From Eledone cirrhosa (taxonomy: Eukaryota): DNA of 64,000 bases. The translations under genes were made by a program, and so were the position numbers. Numbering within the stretch: position 1 is the stretch's first letter; the number at the start of each line of letters is the position of its first letter. The stretch lies in contig OZ024752.1 of NCBI GenBank assembly GCA_964016885.1, positions 48,608,001-48,672,000 on the forward strand. The letters are read 5' to 3'. The notes below the pieces were generated by a model. That model was not told where the DNA came from. It made no database searches and was given only the letters and a program-made list of their open reading frames with translations. Below, in pieces: positions 53,501 to 64,000 of this stretch.

Positions 53501-53837
53501 ACATATAGGGATGTCTTTCAGACCAGTACATCACATTATATTCACTTAGAAGACACTCTCACACACACACATGCATGCATGCAGACACATACATGCATAT
53601 ACATACATAGACACATGCACATTCAGACACATGCACACAACACACATGCACACACAGACTCATACGTGTACACAAACAACTGCTGTCACACTCTCACACA
53701 CACATCTGGTTAAAGTTGACTACTTTTTTAATGACTGAATGGACATATGATAGTAAATGTTCTGGGTTGACATTCACACCGTCCAGTCTGTCATTCTGTT
53801 TGTTCTGGACACAATATATCTTGGACTATATAATATA

Positions 53838-54271
53838 TTGATTCCTCGTATAGGCACAAAGCCAGTAATTTGTTGGGGAGGAGAAAGTCGATTAAATTGA
53901 CCCCAGTGCATTACTGGTACTTTATTTTATCGACACCGTAAGGATGAAAAGCAAAGTTAAACTCAGCGGGATTTGAACTCAGATCATAAAGGGCCGTAAC
54001 ACTGTGCTGCAAAGCATGGTCTCTGACACGCTACGGATACTGCCAATCCACCGCCCTGTCCATATAATATAGGACCTCAGATCATAAAAGGCCGTAACAC
54101 TGTGCTGCAAAGCATGGTGTCTGACACGCTACGGACACTGCCAATCCACCGCCCTGTCCATATAATATAGGACCTCAGATCATAAAGGGCCGTAACACTG
54201 TGCTGCAAAGCTTGGTGTCTGACACGCTACGGATACTGCCAATCCACCGCCCTGTCCATATAATATAGGAC
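53838..54271 (-). mobile_element. Long-variant SINE B with its head triplicated (98-bp units)
   Basis: Units at 53978, 54076 and 54174. Confidence 0.85.
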
Positions 54272-54619
54272 CATATAACATATTACCCCAAAAAACAGTT
54301 TTCCTTTTTCTAAGGCCCGTAGTGTTTTAGGTATTATTTTCTCACCATTTTTCTGCTTACAACAGAATACAAAATGTCACGAACATATTTCAATTGACAT
54401 TTGGAATGTTCATGATCCCTTTTTTTTAGACCAATTACTTCCCTTGGGAGGCCAGCTTCCTGAGGGTGGTGGTGGTGGGGTATAGTATCTGGCAGTTGTA
54501 GCTCTTGGTAGAAGCATCATCACTTTTTCTGGGGACAGGAGAAGAACAGGGATCTGAACTCATAACATACAGAGTTAGGACAAACAGATACTACAAGGTT
54601 TCTCAACTGATTCTACTCC

Positions 54620-55262
54620 CAATCCACACCACCTTCCTCACATTGGTACACACGACACTAAGGCCTCCAATGTAACTCTTCAACCAGTCTACACCACCTT
54701 CCTTACATTGGTACACACAACACTAAGGCCTCCAATGTAACTCTTCAACCAGTCCACACCACCTTCCTTACATTGGTACACACGGTACTAAGGCCTCCAA
54801 TGTAACTCTTCAACCAAGCTACACCACCAGCCCCACATTGGTACACACCACACCACACCTCACCTCCAATCTGACTCTTCAACCAGTCTACACCACCAGC
54901 CCTACATTAGTACACACCACACCACCACACCTCCAATGTAACTCTTCATCCAGTCCACACCACCACACGTCCAATCTTACTCTTCAACCAAGCTACACCA
55001 CCAGCCCCACATTGGTACACACCACACCACACCTCCAATCTGACTCTTCAACCAAGCTACACCACCAGCCCCACATTGCTACACACCACACCACACCTCA
55101 CCCCCAATCTTACTCTTCAACCAGTCTACACCACCAGCCCCACATTGGTATACACACCACACCACACCACACCACACCACACCTCACCTTCAATCTGACT
55201 CTTCAACCAGTCTACACCACCAGCCTCACATTGGTATACACACCACACATCACACACCGCAC
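54620..55262 (+). repeat. C/A-rich ~60-70-bp minisatellite (ACTCTTCAACCAGTCTACACCACC...CATTGGTACAC)
   Basis: Directly visible, ~10 units with gradual drift. Confidence 0.85.
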
Positions 55263-55651
55263 CAGTAAGTAGGGTGTGTTAATGAGTGAGATTTAACAGT
55301 CTTATTGGCTCACACACTATGTAAAGTGTTCTATGTAGAACATACAGTATCAAAGGAAAGAATGGCTTTACAATTTTTCTGCTGCACTTAATACTACACC
55401 ATTCCATTCCAGTTATGTCATTTGCATGATTTAAAAAAAGTTATAATACATGAAGGAAAACAAACAAACAAACAAACAGACAAATAAAGAGACAAATAAA
55501 GAGACAAATAAAGAGACAAACAAAGAGACAAATGACTGACTGTGGACTTATACTTTCCAATCTTCCAGTAATATATTTAAATATAGAAATATAATATGGG
55601 GACAAGTATCCATAAATCCACCCCGAAAGAAAACAACAACAACAACAACAA

Positions 55652-55683
<32 letters not shown>

Positions 55684-57892
55684 GCAGCAGCAATGGGAAA
55701 AACAAAAACATCATCATCATTATCATCATTGCAAAAAGAGCAACAATAACAACAGCAGCAACAATGGCAACTGCAACAACAACAACAACAACAGCAAGAA
55801 CAGCAACATGATAATTTTAGTTTATATATTTCTTTCCTTTTTTTTTTTCGCTTTTTGCTTCCTTCTTTTTTCGTTTTTTTTTTTTTTTATAAATGTGTTA
55901 AATGTTTTATTTTTTCCCTTTCTTTAAAAAAAAAAAGATGTTTTTTTTTTTTCATTTCCATCATTCTTGTCAGTGGTGTTGTTGTTGGTATTGGTGTTGT
56001 TGTTGTTGGTATTGGTGGTGGTGATGAAGCTGGTGTTGTTGCTGTTGGTGGTGTTGGTAATGTTGTTGTTGTTGTTGGTGGTGTTGGTGTTGCTGTTGGT
56101 GGTGTTGGTAATGTTGTTGTTGTTGTTGGTAATGTTGTTGGTGGTGGTGGTGTTGGTGTTGGCGGAGGTGATGTTGTGGTTGGTATCGGTGGTAGTGATG
56201 GAGGTGGTCTTGTTGTTCCTGTTGTTGATGTTAGTGTTGGTGATGTTGGTGATGTTGTTGTTGGTGGTGTTGGTGACGATACTGTTGTTGTTGTTGTTGT
56301 TGGTGGTCGTGGTGCTGGTGATGTTGTTGGTGGTGGTGATGTTGTTGTTGGTGGTGATGGTGGTGGCATTGGTGACAATATTGTTGTTGTTGTTGGTGGT
56401 GATGGTGATGTTGTTGTTGGTGGTGATGTTGGTGGTGATGGTGATGTTGTTGTCGGTGGTGATGGTGGTGGCATTGGTGACGATATTGTTGTTGTTGGTG
56501 GTGATGGTGATGGTGATGATGATGTTGTAGGTGATGCTGGTGATGTTGTTGATGTTGTTGGTGGTGATGTTGTTGATGATGTTGTTGGTGGTGACGGTGA
56601 TGTTGTTGATGGTTGTGTTGCTGGTGATATCGTGTTTGTTGGTGATGATGGTGCTAGTTATATTGTTGTTGGAGGTGATATACTTATTTCTGTTGTTGCT
56701 GTTGTTGCTGTTGTTGCTGTTGTTGCTAGTATTGTTGATATATTCATCACTATTACCATTGTTATCATTATTGCTGTTGCTACTTATCTTGTTGATATTT
56801 TTATTCTTCTTATTGTTGTCAGTTCATATTGTTCTCTTCAGAAGCAATATGTTTCTAGAAGGGATAATTATAAGTATTGTATTCTAGTACTTTCCTCTAC
56901 ATTTTTGCTAAACATTAGTCGCAACAATGATAATTGCTTGTCCAACAAATAGTAGATAAAGCAAAAGAGTATTCGCGAGATGAGACCTATCAATATCAGA
57001 AAATATATGCATTTATTTATGCATGCATAAGTATTTATATATGGGAATTGCTTTATACAATTGATTCCCATGATAACCCAAGAAACATAGAATCTATGTA
57101 GATATGGATATATGTATGTATGGATATATGTATGTTTGGATATACATATATGTATGGATGTATGGATGTGTATGTATGTATATATGGATGTATGTATGTA
57201 TGGGTATATGTATGTTTGGATATACATATATGTATGGATTTATGTATGTTTGGATATACATATATGTATGGATGTATGGATGTGTATGTACGTATATATG
57301 GATATATGTATGTATGGATGTATGTATGTGTATGTATATATGTTTGTATGGATATATGTATGTGTATGTATATATGTTTGTATGGATATATGTATGTTTG
57401 GATGTATGTATGTTTATGTATATATGTTTGTATGGATATATGTATGTTTGGATATATATATATATGTATGGATATATGTATGTTTGGATATATGTATGTA
57501 TGGATGTATGTACATTTATGTATATATATGTTTGTATGGATATATGTATGTTTGGATGTATGTATGTTTATGTATATATGTTTGTATGGATATATGTATG
57601 TTTGGATATATGTATGTAGGGATGTATGTATATGTATATATGTTTGTATGGATATATGTATGTTTGGATATATATATGTATGGATATATGTATGTTTGGA
57701 TATATATATGTATGGATGTATGTATGTTTGTATGGATATATGTATGTGTGGATATATGTATGTGTGTATGTATGCATGTATGTTTGTATGCATGTATGTT
57801 TCTGTTTCATTGTATACATGTAAATATATTTATGTATATATGCATGCTTATGTGTGTGTGTGTGTATGGGGAGGGAATGTGTGTATGTATAT

Positions 57893-57967
<75 letters not shown>

Positions 57968-58069
57968 TATGTATATATATATATATATGTGTGTGTGTAT
58001 AGATATAGGTATATGTGTGTATGGATATATATATATATATATATATATCGATATATATGTATAAATGTT

Positions 58070-58108
<39 letters not shown>

Positions 58109-58192
58109 TTTTGTATGTATGCATGTATATTTTTATGTATGTTTGTATCTATGTATTTATGAATATATGTATATATGTATATATGTATGAGA

Positions 58193-58253
<61 letters not shown>

Positions 58254-58340
58254 CTTGTGTGTTTAAGCATATATAGATGAACCTATGTATCTATGCATAT
58301 ATATGTGTGTATATAAACATACATATACATATATACATAT

Positions 58341-58377
<37 letters not shown>

Positions 58378-59197
58378 TACATATATAAATACATACATTG
58401 ATGACGATGTCGATTTGTAGATGTGGAAGTGAAAAGCTTGTGTATTTTTACATTCCTATCTAACCCTGAATACACCATCAAAAATATTTCTGGTTCATGT
58501 TGAGTTCATATTACCTGATTCGTTCATCTATATACATGCATTTCATAGATTTCAATCTATAATGATATTGGTTGAGAATCGGTAAATATCCCCTATCCAT
58601 ATATAATAACGATGTGAATTCTGACCGTGAAGATATATATATATATAAGTGTACATGTGCATTCACACATAAATACATTTATGCTAATATGAATAGATAG
58701 AGACATATTAATACGCCTTATCATGGGCCAGATCAACATTTATAGAGAGCAACTATAAAGGGAAGTAATTGCAATAGTAATACACAAGTGTATATCTAAA
58801 TATGTGTGAGAGTTTGTATGTGGATGTTTGACTCAGTGTATCTGTTTCTGTCTGTTTTGTATATGTGTGGTGTTGTGTGGTGTGTGATGTGTGTGTGAGT
58901 GAGTGTGTGTGTGTGTGAGTTTGAGTGTATATGCACCAATATTCATGCGAGAGTGAGTGTGTATGTTTTAAGCTTATTACATCAACGGGAGAGAACGAGA
59001 GAGAGAGAGAGAGAGAGACACACATATATATATATACATATATATATATACATATCTATATATATATATATAAACATATAAATATATATATATATATAAA
59101 TATATATATATACATATACATATAAATATAAATATATATATACACATATATAAATATATAAATATACATATATATATAAATATACATACATATAAAT

Positions 59198-59255
<58 letters not shown>

Positions 59256-59712
59256 GGGGGGAGAGTGTGTGTGTGTGTTTTTCAGACGCAAACGAGTAAA
59301 TAAGTTTTGTATATATGGGAATAAATATTTATAGGTAGTTAGAATTGTAGGCAACGGGATATCACATCTGAAACATCATACATACTGTATCAACAAAACT
59401 AGACTCAATTCATGGATGATATATTAAGCAGAAAGGGACATTAATCCATTCAGATTATACTCATGATAACCAATGCCTTTGCCGCCATCCTCACCACAGC
59501 ACACCATCACCACAATTACATACACATATATGTACACATATATGTACACAAACGTAGACACATATATAGAAAGAGGCCTACAAGCGTACACATGTACATG
59601 CTATTCTATTCCAACGTCCTCATCACCACCAGCTCAAATATTCATCGAATTGCTATAAAATATATACATAATGATCAATATACATGACATTTTATAAACA
59701 TATATGTGTATA

Positions 59713-59762
<50 letters not shown>

Positions 59763-59906
59763 TTATATATATATATTTATATATGTTATATAACATACAT
59801 ATGTGTATATATGTATATATATATAAATATGTATGTATGTATGTATGTATGTATATATATATATATATATATACATATATATAAATATATACATATAAAT
59901 ATAGAC

Positions 59907-59968
<62 letters not shown>

Positions 59969-60027
59969 ATATAAATACATTTGCACATAAGTAAAAAAAT
60001 ATAATTGCAATTATATAGACATGTGTT

Positions 60028-60087
<60 letters not shown>

Positions 60088-60459
60088 GAAAACAACACAA
60101 CATATCTGCATATATATATATATATACACACATATATATATATATTTCTGTGCATTTAACTATGTAACCATATATAAGTATGATGTAGATACGAAGAAGA
60201 TAAAGCTACATAATCTTTCATACACTATCACCCCTAACAGCAGCAACAACAACACCACCACCACCAGCCTCCCCATCACCCCTGCCCCTATATCTCTCTG
60301 AATCAGTGGCAGAAGGGGGAGAAGGGGGAAGAGGATTGAGTAGAGGGATAAGATTTTTCTTTTTTTTACCTAAGTAACGATGGTTATCAAACTTATCAAA
60401 TATATATTTTTTTCTAGAATCTGAAAGTGAAAGTCCTACTGTGCACTGATAACATTGTA

Positions 60460-60525
<66 letters not shown>

Positions 60526-60535
60526 GATGATAACA

Positions 60536-60576
<41 letters not shown>

Positions 60577-60613
60577 GTTATATATATATATATTATACAC
60601 ATACATATATTAG

Positions 60614-60648
<35 letters not shown>

Positions 60649-60700
60649 TATATATATAAATATAATAGTTATATATATACACACACATACATCTAATAGT

Positions 60701-60732
<32 letters not shown>

Positions 60733-60980
60733 CACATCTAATAGTTATATATATATATATATACACATACATATAATACATATAACATATTTATATATAT
60801 ATATATATAATAATTATATAGATATATATACACATACATATAATACATATAACATATTTATATATATATATATATATATATAATAATTTTATATATATAT
60901 ACTCATACATATAATACATATAACATATATATATATATATAATAATTTTATATATATATACACATACATATAATACATGT

Positions 60981-61028
<48 letters not shown>

Positions 61029-61079
61029 TATACACACACATACATATAATACATATAACATATATATATATATATAATA

Positions 61080-61154
<75 letters not shown>

Positions 61155-61441
61155 CACGCACATACATATGATAGCATAACGAGGCAATGTTTGACTAAAG
61201 GGTGTGGGGTAGAACAGAATAAAAAGGGAGGGGTGCTGGTTGGAAGAATTACATGAAAGGCCAAAACCTTTTTGGAAGTGTCTGTTTTAAGTGCCAGTAA
61301 ATAGACCGATTATATCCAGATTGAATTGTATTTCATGCTGTGTAAGCAGCAGCAGCCGAGTGAGAGGGGGGGGGGTATATCATATTTACCAATATGTTGT
61401 TGTATTTAACCATATTTCATATTTATGACTATTATTATTAC

Positions 61442-61490
<49 letters not shown>

Positions 61491-61498
61491 ATATAGGG

Positions 61499-62103
61499 TG
61501 GAGGCACATGGCTTAGTGGTTAGAGCATTGGCCTTGCAATCGAAAGGTTGTGAGTTCAATTCTCAGACCGGGTGAATGTGTTGTTTCCTTGAGCAAGACA
61601 CTTTATTTCACATTGCTCCAGTTTACTCAGCTGTAGAAATGAGATGATAGGGACTGGGGTCCCTATCATTCCACTGCAAAGTGGTCGTGGAGGTGCCACG
61701 GCAAAAAAAAGCACCCAGCACTCACTGTAAATGAGGTTGGTGTTAGGAAGGGCATCCAGCTGTAGAAATGAGATGATAGGGGCTGGGGTCCCTATCATTC
61801 CACTGCAAAGTGGTCGTGGAGTTGCCACGGCAAAAAAGCAGCCAGCACTCACTGTAAATGAGGTTGGTGTTAGGAAGGGCATCCAGCTGTAGAAATGAGA
61901 TGATAGGGGCTGGGGTCCCTATCATTCCACTGCAAAAGTGGCCGTGGAGGTGCCACGGCAAAAAAGCACCCAGCACTCACTGTAAATGAGGTTGGTGTTA
62001 GGAAGGGCATCCAGCTGTAGAAATCAAGCCAGAATCAGTTCCCGTCCCACCCTTGCAAGCAGGGAAAAGCAGACGTAAAATGAAATAATGATGAAATGAT
62101 GAT
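61499..62103 (+). mobile_element. SINE A with triplicated ~128-bp internal module
   Basis: CAGCTGTAGAAAT at 61628, 61757, 61884 and 62012. Confidence 0.9.
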
Positions 62104-62540
62104 AGGGTGGTGGATTGGCAGTATCGGTAGAGGGTCGGACGCCATGCTTTGACGCATGGAGTTACGGCCCTTGCCATTTTGAGTTCAAATCCCGCCGAGG
62201 TTAACTTTAACTTTCATCCTTACGGGGGTCGATAAAATAAAGTACCAGTAATACACTGGGATAATTGCTGGCCTTGTGCCAAAAGTAGAAACAATTATTA
62301 TTATTATTATTACTAAGGTCAGTGGATTGGCAGAATCGGTACAGTGTCGGACAACATGCTTTCCAGCATACAGTTATGGCCCTTTACATTCTGAGTTCAA
62401 ATCCCACTGAAGTTAGCTTTGCCTTTCATCCTTATTGGATTGTTAAAATAAATAAAATACCAGTAATGCACTCGGGTCAATTTAATTGACTTTCCCCTTC
62501 CCCCAAAATTGTTGGCCTTGTGCCTGAAGCAGAAACCATT
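62104..62540 (+). mobile_element. Two SINE B copies (young 62104-62310; older long variant ~62315-62540)
   Basis: A/B boxes, core and tail as in the other copies. Confidence 0.85.
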
Positions 62541-62931
62541 CTTCTTACTGGCACCAGTCTGTGGAGAAGACAACTGTTAAAGTGGTTCAATCCCAAGATG
62601 CATAGCTAACAGTGATGATGGTGATGGTGATGATGGCGATGATGATGATGATGGTGATGATGATGATGGTGATGATGGTGATAATGGTGATGATGATGAT
62701 GATGATGATGATGATGGTGGTGATGGTGATGATGATGATGGTGATGATGATGATGGTGATGATGATGGTGATGATGATGATGGTGATGGTGATGATGGTG
62801 ATGGTGATGATGAAGGAAGAGAAGTGATACACTCCCAAGATACAGAGCTAACAGTGATGATGCTTATGATGATGATGAAGATGACGATGATGATGATGAT
62901 GATGGTGATGATGGTGATGACGATGATGATG

Positions 62932-62963
<32 letters not shown>

Positions 62964-63216
62964 GATCATGAAGGAAGAGATACTCTCCCAAGATACAGAG
63001 CTAACAGTGATGATTGAACCAATTAAGTTTGGATTAGAAACTTAATCCCCCACAATTCATCATTAACAACAAAAAAAGAGAGAAACTACCAATAAAGACA
63101 TAAAACAGTTATCTAAAAGATTGGAAGAAGTTATGAGAAATAGTAGCAATATCTGTTGGTCACATTGGTTGGTTGTTTATAAAAGGGTAGGTGAAGTCCT
63201 GGATGGTTAGATTGCT

Positions 63217-63360
63217 AAAGATGGCTAAAGATGGTTAAATGAATAAGGGTAGCTAAAGATAGTTAAATGAATAAGGATGGCTAAAGATGGTGAAATTTAT
63301 AAGAATGACTAAGATGGTTAAATTTATAAGTATGGTGAAAGATGGTTAAATTCATAAGAA
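63217..63360 (+). repeat. ~27-bp minisatellite AAGATGGTTAAAT..ATAAG, ~5 units
   Basis: Directly visible. Confidence 0.75.
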
Positions 63361-63640
63361 GTCATAGGGGTGCCACTGTGGCATACATCTTTTCTTGGGT
63401 ATTTCAAACCTGGCATATATATATATGATGATCATCATCATCATCGTTTAACGTCTATCTTCCAAGCTAGCATGGGTTAGACGGGGTTTGTCCCACTTGA
63501 GGTAAGATTGGTCGGGTGACCGTGTCTCGCTCGTATAGGATTACCTTGCAGGTTTTCTACGGCTGGATGCCCTTCCTAACACCAACCACATTTACAGTTA
63601 CAGTGTGGACTGGGTTTTTTTTTACTCTGTTACCTCACGG

Positions 63641-63677
<37 letters not shown>

Positions 63678-63897
63678 AAATTTAGTACAGTATAATCGAA
63701 GCTGTGGCTGCAGCTAAGCTAACGAATGCAATCAGGGTGTGCAGCTAAGCACTCAATAAGGTATATTGCCTTAGAGTAATAACATTACGTTTAGACAGCT
63801 TTGCAAATTGAAGACTGCGACAGATAGGCGAACTGCAGTGACAAAAGCGACGAAAAAAACTGAACTCAGGAAAATATGACAAACCAATTCCTTCTAT

Positions 63898-63934
<37 letters not shown>

Positions 63935-64000
63935 CCGTTTTACGTCTGTTCTTCCACGCTAGCATGGGTTAGACGGGTTGTCCTGTTGTGAGCAGTGTCT

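Overview
AT-rich, repeat-saturated animal genomic DNA, very probably from an octopus or other coleoid cephalopod (inferred from the SINE/LINE repertoire and the extreme (TA)n, (CA)n, (GA)n, (ATG)n and (GGT)n density). I find no credible host protein-coding exon, and the long ORFs in the track are microsatellite translations, so this is intronic or intergenic DNA. It contains two abundant tRNA-derived SINE families (A: CORE-type with RTE-LINE tails; B: ATT-tailed) and a relic of a third. It also holds 3' fragments of RTE, CR1, R4/Dong-like and probably Tx1/L1-like LINEs, eight copies of a TTAA (piggyBac-type) MITE (three with an internal 72-bp minisatellite), and hAT and Tc1/mariner MITEs. The most interesting signal is RNA-structural: several type-I hammerhead ribozyme motifs with self-complementary stem III sit in inverted-repeat (Penelope-like) remnants beside (TA)n tracts. 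The best case is a spacer-less ~339-bp palindrome (28944-29282) carrying one complete hammerhead on each strand, where the arm-to-arm differences fall at positions that keep the ribozyme fold. All folds and alignments were done by eye and none was computed.
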